This document shows positions 1-11,329 of a stretch of DNA of 64,000 nucleotides, one piece after another (within the stretch, counting starts at the first letter, position 1; every line of letters starts with the position of its first letter). The stretch spans positions 70,454-134,453 of the forward strand of contig MCFE01000195.1 of NCBI GenBank assembly GCA_002104905.1, written 5' to 3'. The translations under genes were made by a program, and so were the position numbers. This DNA is from Basidiobolus meristosporus CBS 931.73 (lineage: Eukaryota > Fungi > Basidiobolomycota). A model generated the notes under the pieces. That model ran no database searches. It saw nothing but the letters and a program-made list of their open reading frames with translations, and was not told the origin of the DNA.

Positions 1-189
1 TTGTCCAAACAGCCCCAAACTTTGCACACATGTTCTTGGGACCTTCCTTAACCTATCCTACGTGTTTGTAATGCAAAGACCAGGTAAAAGTATAAATACT
101 ACTTTTACATTCAATAAATCATTAAGTGAAAACCATATAATCTACTTGTCCTCCCAATCACTTCCAATATCTCCAAGACTCTTACAACA
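1..189 (+). repeat. copia 5' LTR (3' part)
   Basis: Matches 4336-4524; ends TTACAACA directly before the PBS. Confidence 0.9.
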
Positions 190-201
190 GGTTATGAGCC
201 C
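190..201 (+). promoter_or_regulatory. Primer-binding site complementary to the tRNAiMet anticodon stem-loop (half-tRNA priming)
   Basis: GGTTATGAGCCC is the reverse complement of GGGCTCATAACC, the copia/Ty5-type PBS; it abuts the LTR end. Confidence 0.85.
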
Positions 202-964
202 CAAGCTGTCACTCTCTGCAATGTCTACTACTGCTATTACTGGAGTTTTCCCCTCTGCTGAAAAGTTGGATGGCTCTAACTACCAAGTGTGGAAGGTGAA
301 GATGAAGATGCTGCTACAAGAAAGAGGCCTTTGGGATATTGTCATGGGAGAAGAATGCCCTCCTAAAAATGTGGGAGAGCAAGCCTTAAAGTACCAGAAG
401 AAAGAACAAAGTGCCTTTAACTGCATTTGCCTTAATGTCAAGGACAAATTGCTAATTCAATGCTCAAGAGCAAAAACACCAAAGAATGCCTGGAAAGCAT
501 TGGAAGACACCTACCAGTCATGTTCAGCTGCCAAGAAAATGTATCTGAGACAAAAATTCTTTACTACAAAGATGCTGCCAGGAGAAGAAATGAAAAATCT
601 AATTAACAGAATTACCCTGCTGGTAGATGAGATGGAATCTGTGGGTGTACCAACTGCTGATGAGGATGTAATAGTTACCATCCTGAATAGCCTGACAGAC
701 AATTTTCAGGGCCTTGTATCAGCCCTAGAGTCCAGAACTGAAGATTTGACCTTAAATTACGTATATGGAAGGCTCCTGGATGAAGAATTAAGAAAATCAA
801 GCGCCAATAAGAAGGAAGAAGAAAATGCTTTAATAAGCAATGATAACCAACAAAGGAGGTACCCAAGACCCTGCAAAGGCAACAGCAACCTATTTTGCAA
901 CTACTGCAAAGGGAAAGGACACATATCAGACCGGTGTCTCAAAAAGAGAGATTATCAGCAATAG
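194..964 (+). pseudogene. gag: copia gag (Retrotran_gag_2-like, CCHC zinc knuckle)
   Basis: KLDGSNYQVWKVKMKMLL, LRQKFFTTKM, CNYCKGKGHISDRC; ends at an in-frame TAG. Confidence 0.9.
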
Positions 965-3900
965 AAGCCAGAATATGGAAATGCTGCAACAACTGAAGAT
1001 AGACTATTCATATCTGCACTAAATATGACCACAAACAAGGATTCTCAGATGTGGTATATTGACTCTGGAGCTTCTCAACACTTGACACACCAAAAAGAAC
1101 TTTTTACATAATATTAAGAAATTCCAATTAAGAAGGTCTTCATGGGTGACAATAGAACACTTGATGCAGTGGGAGAAGGAACTATCCAAGTAAACCTTAG
1201 AAGCAGTGAAGGAAGCCATACACTGACCTTTAAAGAAGTACTCTATGTACCAGAAATAGCCAAGAACCTACTCTCTGTAAGCAAGGCCACTGCAGAAGGA
1301 CTCAGTTTCAGTTTTGACAATTCTGGATGCAGGATCAATGATCAAAATGGTGCCCATATTGCTTTGGGCATCAGAGATCAGAATCTATACAAGTTGACTT
1401 ATAGACCATCATATCTGGAAGCCAATATAAGTAACTTAAATGAAGAAACACCAATGCTTTGGCACAGGAGATTTAGGCACATCAATTTTGATTATTTATG
1501 TAAAATGATCAAGGATCAGCTAATTTCTGGAGTGAAAACTGATCCCCCAGCTAATTTGGAGCACTGTGAAGCCTGCATATATGGGAAACAAGCCAGACAA
1601 CTGTTAAAGAGCTCTGGGTTAATCAAAACTAAGAAAAAATTAGATGTATTTCACTCAGATCTGTGTAGACCTATACAAAATTTATCCTTTGGCAGGACAA
1701 AGTATTTGATCACCTTTATTGATGATTGTATAAGATACACATGGGTCTACTTCATGCAGAGAAAGGAAGAAGCTCTATCTGAGCTCAGGGAGTTTAAAGC
1801 CATGGTGGAGAGAGAAACTGGTGAAAAAATCAAGAAAATATGCTCTGACAATGGTGGAGAATATACCTCAAAACTCTACATCCACTTCTGCAAAATTCAT
1901 GGGATAAAGCAAGAGACTACTGTACCATACTCCCCACAGCAAAATGGAGTAGTAGAACAAGCTAACAGATCAATAATTGATATGGCAAGATCTATGATCC
2001 ATGATCAAAAATTATCCTATGATTTTTGGGCGGAATCAGTTGCCACTGCTGTATATCTTAAAAATAGGAGTTATAACAGAATACTTAGTGATTCTACTCC
2101 ATTTGAAGCATGGTATGGATACAGACCAAGTGCAGAACATCTAAGAATACTTGGGTGTACAGCATACGCCAAAAAACTGGCCGGAAATCAGTCAAAATTT
2201 GAGCCAAAAAGTGTAAAATGCATATTTTTGGGCTACTGCAATGAGAATAAGGCATACAGACTCTATAATACCAAAGCAAAGAAGCTGATCAAGTCCAGGG
2301 ATGTGTTGTTTGATGAAAATTCAAAATTTTCACAAAAAATGACATCAGATGATGACAAAAATTTGATCTCAAGTCCACCAATTGTCAGGATTGAATTAGC
2401 GCAAAACAATGAAAATTTTTTCACTCCAGAGGACTCTACAACCGTGGTTCAGCCAGAATCAGTGCCCAGGAATATCCCAGAAGTGATCATTCCAGTATCA
2501 AATGCCTGGAGATCAAATGGGACAAGAAATAGCCCAAATTACTATATCAATGAGGGTACAAACTTAGTCTATGCCTATTCAGTCCATATTGATGAACCCC
2601 AGACTGTAAAAGAGGCCCTAAATAGCCCTCAGACAAAGTTTTGGAGATCTACAATCACCGGAAATGTCAGGCCCTGATGGAAAATCAAACTTGGGACTTA
2701 GTCAAATTACCAATAAACCAAAAATCAATTGGATGCAGATAGGTCTTCAAGACAAAATACAAGGCTGATGGTACAATTGAAAGATTTAAAGCAAGACTTG
2801 TGTCCAAAGGATACTCTCAAGCAAAAGGACTTGACTATACTGAGACCTTTGCACCGGTAGCCAAGTTTAAATCCATCAGATTAATATTGGCTATTGCAGC
2901 CAGATATAAGTATTTTATTCATCAAATGGATGTAAAAACTGCATTTTTGAATGAAGAACTTGATGAGGACATGTATATGGACCAGCCTGATGGGTTTGTT
3001 GACCAAGATAACCCCCATTTGGTCTGCAAGCTTAAAAAGTCACTATATGGTCTCAAACAATCACTGAGAGCCTGAAATTGCAAGATAGAATCTTATTTGG
3101 AATCTTTGAGTTTCAAAAGAAGTAATGCTGACTATAGTATATACTATAAGCCAGATAGAGCAAATCCAGTTCTATTAGCTCTATATGTGGATGATCTTAT
3201 TATAGCCACCAATAACCTAGAAACATTGGAAGAGACTGAATCCAGCCTATCTAAGGAGTTCAAGATGTCTGATTTAGAAGAACTTAGTTACTACTTAGGG
3301 ATTAAGTTCTCCATAGACAGAAGTACCCAGACTATCACCCTATGCCAATCCAAGTATATTCAAGATATACTAAAGAAGTACCAAATGGAAGACTGTAAAC
3401 CGGCAGCTACCCCAATGGAGACAAACCTTAGCTTGGTCAAAACTCAACCAAATCAAGAGAGCTTGGTGCCATCTGAAAGCCCTGACTTTCCTTATCAATC
3501 TATAGTCGGCAGTCTGATGTATATCATGCTTGGAACATGTCCAGATATCTTATATTCAGTGGGAGTTGTCAGCCAACATAATCAGAACTATGGATCTGAT
3601 CATATTGGAGCAGTTAAGTGGATTTTTAGATACCTAAAAGGAACTGCTGATATTTGCTCAAGATACACTTATAAGGACTCAGAACAAGATCTTGTGGGAT
3701 ACTCTGATGCAGATTGGGGACAAAATTTAGAAGACAGAAGATCCACCACCGGATACACCTTTCTTTACTGTAAAGGAGCAATTTCATGGAATTCAAGAAA
3801 GCAACCAACCATAGCACTTTCCACCACAGAGGCAGAGTATATGGCAGCCTGTGAAGCTACAAAAGAAGCAATGTGGTCAAGAAAGCTGTTTACAGATTTA

Positions 3901-4165
3901 GGCCTATGTCAAAAAATGCCTATTACTTTAATTCAAGATAATTGAGGATGTATACAATTAGGTAGAAATCCAACTTTTCATGCTAGAACCAAGCACATAG
4001 ATATTAGACATCATTTCACATGTGAAGCTATAGAGAATAACTTAGTAAGCTTAGTTTACTGTCCTACAGATGAAATGATTGCAAACATATTTACCAAACC
4101 ATTAGCTAGAGACAAGTTTGAATATCTTAGGTCAAAATTAGGATTAGTCAGTATGAACATTTAGC
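965..4165 (+). pseudogene. pol: copia pol (protease, integrase, RT, RNase H) with nonsense codons and a frameshift near 2650
   Basis: WYIDSGAS; CEACIYGKQ, SDNGGEY, PQQNG; KARLVSKGYSQ, HQMDVKTAFLN, YVDDL; GYSDADW, TKHIDIRHHF. Confidence 0.95.
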
Positions 4166-4166
4166 T

Positions 4167-4175
4167 GAGTGGGAG
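4167..4175 (+). promoter_or_regulatory. copia polypurine tract
   Basis: GAGTGGGAG immediately before the LTR TG. Confidence 0.8.
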
Positions 4176-4524
4176 TGTTGTAAAAATTTGTATTTCCATC
4201 TAAATATTCACCTAACTTAGTCACTTAGATCATTACCTTCAAATCCTAGAGAATACTGACCAAATTTCTTGTTGGGATTTACTTAGAATATTTTCCCCAA
4301 AATACCAAGTACCCAGAACATGAAAATTCTCAAAGTTGTCCAAACAGCCCCAAACTTTGCACACATGTTCTTGGGACCTTCCTTAACCTATCCTACGTGT
4401 TTGTAATGCCAAGACCAGGTAAAAGTATAAATACTACTTTTACATTCAATAAATCATTAAGTGAAAACCATATAATCTACTTGTCCTCACAATCACTTCC
4501 AATATCTCCAAGACTCTTACAGCA
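4176..4524 (+). repeat. copia 3' LTR (349 bp)
   Basis: TGTTGTAAAA...TTACAGCA; follows the PPT. Confidence 0.92.
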
Positions 4525-5069
4525 ATATTCACCTAACTTAGTTGCTTAGATTGTTACCTTAAAATCCTTGAGAATACTGAACAAATTCCTTGCTGGGATT
4601 TACTTAAAATATCTGCACCAAAATGCCAGGTACCCAGAATATGAAAATTCTCAAAGTTGTCCAAACAGCTGCAAACTTAGCAAACATGTTCTTGAGACCT
4701 TCCTTAACCTATTCTACATGTTTGTAATGCCAATACCATGTAAAAGTATAAATACTACTTTTACATTCAATAAATCATTAAGTGAAAACCGCAAAATCTT
4801 CTTGTCCTCCCAATCACTTGCAATATCTCCAGGACTCTTACAAAAAATATCAGGTACCCAGAACATGAAAGTTCTCAAAATTGTCCAAACAGCCCCAAAC
4901 CTAGCACACATTTTCTTGGAATCTTCCTTAACCTATTCTACATGTTTGTAATGCCAAAACTAAGTAAGAGTATAAATACTGCTTTTACATTCAATATATC
5001 ACTAAGTGAGAACCATATAATCTACTTGTCCTCCCAATCACCTCCAATATCTCCAAGACTATTACAACA
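4525..5069 (+). repeat. Two further tandem, 5'-truncated copia LTR units (~4525-4845 and ~4846-5069)
   Basis: LTR blocks such as GTATAAATACTACTTTTACATTCAAT and CTTGTCCTCCCAATCAC repeat; the last unit ends TTACAACA. Confidence 0.85.
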
Positions 5070-5913
5070 TATACAAGATCAATATTAGACCAGTACTTCT
5101 CTGCTAATATTTCTGCCACTCTTAACAATTCTAAGATTTTGCACTTGGTTGTCACTTGGGCTCAGTTATCCCATTTAAGAGTTTATTACACTTTTTTCTT
5201 GGATACAACAGTATCCATACAGTTAGGCTGCTTGGCATCTTGATGCTAAAGGTATAGGTATATCCATAGGCACATCTGCGCACCATATTTTGCAACTCTT
5301 CCTTGCTGTCCTCCATATGCCAACTCATCACATCCATGATGGGCTTGAAGGTAATGCCATTGATGGGATTGGATATGGCAATACAAGCACCTTAACTTAT
5401 CTTTCTATCTCCCCTAACATATATACTGTAGGAGACTTCCAAAAGGTGGAGCAAGGTCCAATATTCCCTACACACCAAGCAGGGAGGAGAAGAGAAAGGA
5501 CACAGTTGCAATAGAGATCTATACCACCAGATCTATGTCTGAAGTGTAGCTGCTCTAATCCCATTAAGACACCCCTGGAATGAATGCCATTGATATGCTA
5601 AATTGTTATAGATGATCCTCTTGTTGAGATATATTTCTACAATGCCAGCATATGACTGCAAATGCTTCAAACATATTCTGGGTAGATATTATATCCAAAG
5701 GCCACCATAGTAAATACATATCCACTTAATCTTGTCCTTTTGGTTGCTTTGTTGCCCATGCAAATGAATGTTGATTCAAGTTTGTGAGAAGTGTTTTTGG
5801 TAGTGGATACTCTGCAGTATCTTGCCTATACTTGTATACTTCTATGGTTTCTGAAGGGGCACATTTAGCTTGAAAAACCCTAGGTACAATTTGGTCATTG
5901 ATATTGGATATTG
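5070..5913 (-). pseudogene. Family D (EnSpm-like) transposase C-terminal fragment (D1)
   Basis: Homologous to ~62040-62800, e.g. MDVMSWHMEDS. Confidence 0.75.
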
Positions 5914-6009
5914 CCCTATGAAGAATAATCTGGTCCTGCATTGGGATCCAATACAGATCAGCCGTCAGGATCCCACAAGGAGGCCATGCTAATGCCAGCA
6001 GCTTGGAAT

Positions 6010-6377
6010 TGTTACAAGTCTTGGTATAAGAGTTGTAGAGGAATAGGGAGTTTAGCTAGTATTGTATTCACTAAAACTTGAACTGATTTTTATTGAGGTT
6101 CCAGCAGCTCCTTATATACATTTTGCCAGATCAATTGCTGACTAATTGTATTTCCTAATGTAGGTTGTGGCTGATGACTCATTTGATTGCATCATCATCA
6201 CCCAATAAGATCCTACTTAATATATCTATTTCTGTCTGATAAGGATCTGCTGATTCATTTGCTGACTAATGCTACTGATTTCATAGATAATACTGATGTA
6301 CTGATAACCTAAACATATACTAACTGATTTGACTAAAAACTGATCTAACTTAAACATTCAAGCGGCAGATCATAACA
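6010..6377 (-). repeat. A1 3' LTR
   Basis: TG...CA, 368 bp, preceded on the minus strand by PPT TAGTAGGGGAGAA. Confidence 0.95.
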
Positions 6378-6390
6378 TTCTCCCCTACTA
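6378..6390 (-). promoter_or_regulatory. A1 polypurine tract
   Basis: TAGTAGGGGAGAA abutting the 3' LTR and overlapping the stop codon. Confidence 0.8.
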
Positions 6391-9300
6391 AAGTTGAGAG
6401 GGTTCTCCTGAATCTCTTTTCTTGTGATACCAATATCTTGATGGTTCAGTATTATCAGCAAGTCTTGCAAGCTTGAGTCTGTCCCTATGCACTAAGTCTT
6501 CCCGGATATTGCCTTGTTTGTCCACCAGTTGGTAAGTTGCAAATGGACATTCTCTGATGATCTTGAATGGTCCTGTCCATTGTGGCTCAAACTTCTTCCG
6601 AGTGTTGTTTCTTAGCAATACAAAGTTCCCAACTGTCAATGCTTCTGGTGCTATAGTCTTATCAAATCTCTGCTTCATCTTTTCTGCACTTTGAGATACT
6701 TTGGTCTGTGCCTCTTGACGTCTTTGTTCCAGTTGCTGGTGTCTACTTGGCTGACTGAGTTCATCTTCTAAGGTGTCTGTAAGCTTTGGTTGTGTGAGAT
6801 CTCCTGGAATCCTTGGTTCACATCCATAAACTAAGTAAAATGGTGATTGCTGGGTGGTGTTGTGTACTCTGACTCTGCATGCAAAGAGTGCTTGGTCTAT
6901 ATACTCATCCCATCTACTGACAACTCCATTTGCATACTTGGTCAGCATTTTTCCAAATAATCCATTAAACCGCTCAGTGACTCCATTAGTTCTGGGGTGA
7001 TATGCCGAGGTTTTCAAGTGTCTGATCTGCTGCATTTCCAGGTAAGCCTCTAATGTCTTTGCCATAAAGTTTGCACCTCTATCGGATAAGATCTCCACAG
7101 GGCATCCAAACTTCATCAGGATCTCATGGTAAATGAAACTTGCAACTTCTTGTTCACTGGCTATTGGTACAGCTTTAGCAACTGGCCATTTAGTGGCATG
7201 GTCAATTGCTACTAGGATCCAACGGTTGCATTTCCTGGTAGTTGGCAGTCTTCCAATAAAGTCAATTCCCCATCTCTCAAATGGTCTTACAGGCTCCAAA
7301 GGGAAGAGTTCGGCAATTCTTTGTGGCTGGCCTTGATTGATTTGGCAGTTTGGGCATGTTTTTACTAGCTTCTCAATGTCTTGTTTCATTCTGGGCCACC
7401 ATGCTCTGGCTTTTACAAGGCTATAGGTTCCTTCAATCCCAAGATGTCCATATCCATTGTGTAGCTTATGTATTAAATCCAGGCGAGCAACATAAGGACA
7501 ATAGGCAATAGGGCTTCCATCAACAATTCGGTAGAGTGTTTCATTCTGTACAACAAATTTGCTGGCCTCATCACGGATTATCTTCTTGATATCTTCATCC
7601 ACCTCATTAGGAATGGCTTGGTCCTCCAAGTACTTTGGTAATAGGCTAGGCCAATCTGATTCATGCACCAAGTTGAGTTGTGCAACTTGATCTAATCTTG
7701 ATAAGGCATCAGCAACCGTGTTGTTTTTTCCAGGACAGTAGACAATCTCCAGGTCAAATTGCTGAATGTATTCACTCCATCTTGTCATTCTTCTAGAGAG
7801 TACCTTCTGAGTAAATATATACTTGAGGGAGGCATGATCAGTCTTCACAGTGCATTTGACTCCTTCAATATAGCATCTCCATGTCTTCAAACAGTGTATT
7901 ATAGCAAGCATCTCCTTCTCATGAACTGGATAGTTTTGTTCTGCTGAGTTCAGTTTCTTGGATTCAAAGGCAACAGGGTAGTCCTTTCCCTCGTGTTCTT
8001 GGCTCAGCACTCCACCAATTGCATAATCTGAAGCATCTGTGCACAGAGTGAACTCTTTTCTGAAGTCTGGTATTCTTAAGCTTGGCAGCTTAGCAAGTTC
8101 ATTCTTTAGTGTCTGGAAGGCAGTCTCACAAGCTATGTCCCACTTGTAGGTATTGTCTTTCTTGAGGATATCAGTTAAAGGGGCTGCAATACTTGCAAAT
8201 GACTTGACAAATCTCCGATAATAGGAAACCATTCCAAGGAAGGATCTGAGTTCTGATATGCTATGGGGCTGCTTCAAATTCTTGATTACTTCCACCTTCT
8301 TGGGGTCTAAGGTTACTCCTGTGCTAGTCACTATGTGTCCCAGATATTCTACGTGTTCCTTGAAGAATTCACACTTGGCTAGCTTGCCGTATAGCTTGTT
8401 CTCTCTTAGTTTCTTCAAGACCTTTTCAATGTGCACCATGTGATCCTTTTCTGTCTTGCTGTATATCAATATGTCATCCAGGTAGATTATCACAAACTTG
8501 TCTAAGTACTCCTGAAAGACAGTCTGCATCAGCGTCATGAATGTTGCAGGGGCATTAGTGAGGCCAAAACTCATGACTAAGTACTCGTAATGTCCATATC
8601 TGGTCCTGAATGCTGTCTTAGGGATATCTTCTGGTTTCACCCTAATCTGGTTGTATCCTGACATGAGGTCGATCTTGCTGAAAATAGTGGCTCCATTAAG
8701 TTGGTCCAAAAGCTCATCAATCCGAGGTATGGGGTACTTATTCTTGACGGTAACTGAGTTCAGGGCTCTGTAGTCAATGCACATCCTAAGTGTTCCATCC
8801 TTCTTTTTCACAAAAAGCACTGGTGCTCCCCAAGGTGACTTGCTGGGCCTGATGTATCCTTGCTCCAATAGCTGATCAATTTGTTTCTTCATTTCCTCCA
8901 ATTCCAATGGACTCATTCTGTAAGGTGTCTTGCTCACTGGAGGGCTATCTCCTGTGTCAATGGCATGATCCACATCTCTGACTGGTGGTAGGCTTACAAG
9001 CTCATCTGGAAACACGTCTGAATATTTCTTCAAGAGAGTCTGGACCTGCTGGGGTGCTGGGATAGAGGAATCCTCCTGTAATACCGCCATGAGGAACATC
9101 TGGGTACCTTTTCTAAGTGCTCTACAGAACTGGGTCTTGCTAAGTTCACTTGTCTCACACACACTGGAATTGACCAAGTTGAAATCCAGCCTGGCAGGTA
9201 ATAGCTCATAGGTCTTGTTGTCTTTTTGGATCTGAGTAGCATGGGTTCTCCAGTTGATTGATGGATTACGACAAAATAGCCAGGTTTTCCCAAGTACAAG

Positions 9301-10521
9301 GTCAAACTTGCAGTTCCCAAATATATAAGCCTGTAGGTCTTCTTCATAGTCATTGATCTTCATTCTTACTGGCTGGGTAATACGGTTGATTATGTGGGAG
9401 TTCCCATCAGCTGTGGAGACTGAAGTTGATTTGGTAGGTTCCGAGTTGATTCCAGCTTTCAAAGCAAATTGCTCTGACATGTACTCATGCGATGCTCCTG
9501 AGTCAATCATGATCTTGGCAGGTACTCCATTGATTGCTCCATTCAGGTACAATAACTTCCCTGAGTTTGAAGTCATTTGGGACAAGTACTCTTCTGTCAT
9601 ATGGAAGGTGAGTTCCGAGTCTTCTTCAAGCTCATCTTCCTCATTATTGTGTTCATGGGACTCAATATGGTTGAAGGTTCTTGTTGGCTGGTGTCCATTT
9701 CTTCTCTGAGGGCAGTACTTTGCAATATGTCCCTGCTGGTGGCAATTGAAGCAAAGTCCTCTCTTCTTGCATTCTTCTGAGGAGGGATTCTTCTGCATAG
9801 CGTCTATTTCCATTGGTACTGCTTCTGATTGTCTTCTTTCATAATGATTATAGCCTTTCTGACTAGTCACTGTAGGCTTCCCAACTCCAAACATAGCTGA
9901 GTCATAGTCAATGGCAATCTTGATGGCTTCTTCAATAGTCTGAGGTCTTCGGTAATTGACTTCCTTGCGAGTTCTTTCTTTCAACCCATCAATAAAGTAT
10001 TCAACTTGATCCAAGGGGTCCATTCTTTCAATTTGTCCAAGTAGACATCTGTACTCATAGATGTATTCTTGCACCATTCCTTTCTGTCTGAGTGTCTTTA
10101 ACTTCCTTCTTAGTAGTGTCTGCTGGTGTGGAGGTTCAAAAGCATCCTGAATTTCCGACACAAACTCATCCCAGGTAGAGATTGTAGAGCATCCCATCAT
10201 AGTAGCTGACCTGATCTTGTTGTGGTACCACTGTAAAGCTGCATCTGCCAGGTAAGAAGCTGCATAATGCAACTTGCTCTCTGGAGCAATTCCTTTAGCT
10301 TTAAAAGCTTCTTCAATCTGAAAGAGCCAAGTTCCCAGGTTTTCATTGACTCTGCCATGGTACCGGTTGACCTTCACACTAAAGTTGCTCTTGACAGGGC
10401 TTTGCTGGCTCTGAGCCATGGTAGTCATTCCTTGTTGCTGTTGGCTGAGGATCTGGAGTAGCTGTTGCTGTTGGGCCAGGATTTGCTGCATGGCATTCTT
10501 CCATTCTTGATTGTCCGACAT
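6388..10521 (-). CDS. gag-pol: Gypsy Gag-Pol polyprotein, 1377 aa (capsid, CCHC, protease, RT, RNase H, integrase; no chromodomain)
   Basis: [14 protein letters not shown]; MIDSGAS; [18 protein letters not shown]; TDASDYAIG; HNGYGH..CPNC, GIDFIG, SDRGANF, ERFN; WTGPF. Confidence 0.97.
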   Translation of the reverse strand: MSDNQEWKNAMQQILAQQQQLLQILSQQQQGMTTMAQSQQSPVKSNFSVKVNRYHGRVNENLGTWLFQIEEAFKAKGIAPESKLHYAASYLADAALQWYHNKIRSATMMGCSTISTWDEFVSEIQDAFEPPHQQTLLRRKLKTLRQKGMVQEYIYEYRCLLGQIERMDPLDQVEYFIDGLKERTRKEVNYRRPQTIEEAIKIAIDYDSAMFGVGKPTVTSQKGYNHYERRQSEAVPMEIDAMQKNPSSEECKKRGLCFNCHQQGHIAKYCPQRRNGHQPTRTFNHIESHEHNNEEDELEEDSELTFHMTEEYLSQMTSNSGKLLYLNGAINGVPAKIMIDSGASHEYMSEQFALKAGINSEPTKSTSVSTADGNSHIINRITQPVRMKINDYEEDLQAYIFGNCKFDLVLGKTWLFCRNPSINWRTHATQIQKDNKTYELLPARLDFNLVNSSVCETSELSKTQFCRALRKGTQMFLMAVLQEDSSIPAPQQVQTLLKKYSDVFPDELVSLPPVRDVDHAIDTGDSPPVSKTPYRMSPLELEEMKKQIDQLLEQGYIRPSKSPWGAPVLFVKKKDGTLRMCIDYRALNSVTVKNKYPIPRIDELLDQLNGATIFSKIDLMSGYNQIRVKPEDIPKTAFRTRYGHYEYLVMSFGLTNAPATFMTLMQTVFQEYLDKFVIIYLDDILIYSKTEKDHMVHIEKVLKKLRENKLYGKLAKCEFFKEHVEYLGHIVTSTGVTLDPKKVEVIKNLKQPHSISELRSFLGMVSYYRRFVKSFASIAAPLTDILKKDNTYKWDIACETAFQTLKNELAKLPSLRIPDFRKEFTLCTDASDYAIGGVLSQEHEGKDYPVAFESKKLNSAEQNYPVHEKEMLAIIHCLKTWRCYIEGVKCTVKTDHASLKYIFTQKVLSRRMTRWSEYIQQFDLEIVYCPGKNNTVADALSRLDQVAQLNLVHESDWPSLLPKYLEDQAIPNEVDEDIKKIIRDEASKFVVQNETLYRIVDGSPIAYCPYVARLDLIHKLHNGYGHLGIEGTYSLVKARAWWPRMKQDIEKLVKTCPNCQINQGQPQRIAELFPLEPVRPFERWGIDFIGRLPTTRKCNRWILVAIDHATKWPVAKAVPIASEQEVASFIYHEILMKFGCPVEILSDRGANFMAKTLEAYLEMQQIRHLKTSAYHPRTNGVTERFNGLFGKMLTKYANGVVSRWDEYIDQALFACRVRVHNTTQQSPFYLVYGCEPRIPGDLTQPKLTDTLEDELSQPSRHQQLEQRRQEAQTKVSQSAEKMKQRFDKTIAPEALTVGNFVLLRNNTRKKFEPQWTGPFKIIRECPFATYQLVDKQGNIREDLVHRDRLKLARLADNTEPSRYWYHKKRDSGEPSQL

Positions 10522-10567
10522 CTTGAGGGTGGTTTCTTCTTTCTTCAGGAGGGAGGTTTCTGGTTAT

Positions 10568-10578
10568 CGCTGCTACCA
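10568..10578 (-). promoter_or_regulatory. A1 PBS, likely complementary to the tRNAiMet 3' end
   Basis: TGGTAGCAGCG, 1 nt after the 5' LTR. Confidence 0.7.
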
Positions 10579-10579
10579 A

Positions 10580-10947
10580 TGTTACAAGTCTTGGTATAAG
10601 AGTTGTAGAGGAATAGGGAGTTTAGCTAGTATTGTATTCACTAAAACTTGAACTGATTTTTATTGAGGTTCCAGCAGCTCCTTATATACATTTTGCCAGA
10701 TCAATTGCTGACTAATTGTATTTCCTAATGTAGGTTGTGGCTGATGACTCATTTGATTGCATCATCATCACCCAATAAGATCCTACTTAATATATCTATT
10801 TCTGTCTGATAAGGATCTGCTGATTCATTTGCTGACTAATGCTACTGATTTCATAGATAATACTGATGTACTGATAACCTAAACATATACTAACTGATTT
10901 GACTAAAAACTGATCTAACTTAAACATTCAAGCGGCAGATCATAACA
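10580..10947 (-). repeat. A1 5' LTR
   Basis: Identical by eye to 6010-6377. Confidence 0.95.
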
Positions 10948-11329
10948 GAATTAATAACTCTCTACACAATTGTATGACAGGATTCTACCAGTTTTCTGCT
11001 GACTTCACGGCCAAATAAAGTAAAAAACTTAATGGTGTTTAAGTGGTCTTTTGCCAACAGTTGCATAGCATTGTAACAGTCTTCATGTGCTCTACATTTA
11101 TTTGAACTGATCCTGCTGACCAATACATCCAATTATCTTATATGGCAAGAAGCTTCAAAGTGTTCTGACAGCCTCCTTGCAAGCCCCCAATGGCATTATA
11201 ATGGCAGTACAGGGGCCTAGAGCTAGTTCTGCATAGTGCTTCTGTACCAATTTACCAGATAGTATTTCCTTTTCTGACCTCCCCTTGTGCCATTCCTATA
11301 TCCATAGTAGAAGCACCCCTCCCTCTATA

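Larger units (their letters stand above)
1..4524 (+). mobile_element. Ty1/copia LTR retrotransposon, copy 1 (5' LTR cut by window edge; decayed)
   Basis: LTR sequence at 1-189 recurs at the 3' end of 4176-4524; TGTTGTAA...TTACA(A/G)CA termini; PBS, PPT, and gag-PR-IN-RT-RH order. Confidence 0.95.
6010..10947 (-). mobile_element. Ty3/gypsy family A copy A1, full length (4938 bp)
   Basis: 368-bp LTRs at 6010-6377 and 10580-10947 identical by eye; TSD GAAT/GAAT; PBS and PPT; one intact ORF. Confidence 0.98.

Noticed and set aside
962-964. Stop-codon readthrough between copia gag and pol
   Set aside because: Further in-frame TAA codons follow within ~160 bp, and copy 4 has sense codons at this position; ordinary decay.
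4568-4951. 127-aa ORF as a gene
   Set aside because: It lies wholly within tandem LTR copies.
7133-10579. Many small antisense or alternate-frame ORFs over gypsy, copia and D genes
   Set aside because: Shadow ORFs of coding sequence; they recur only because the elements are duplicated.
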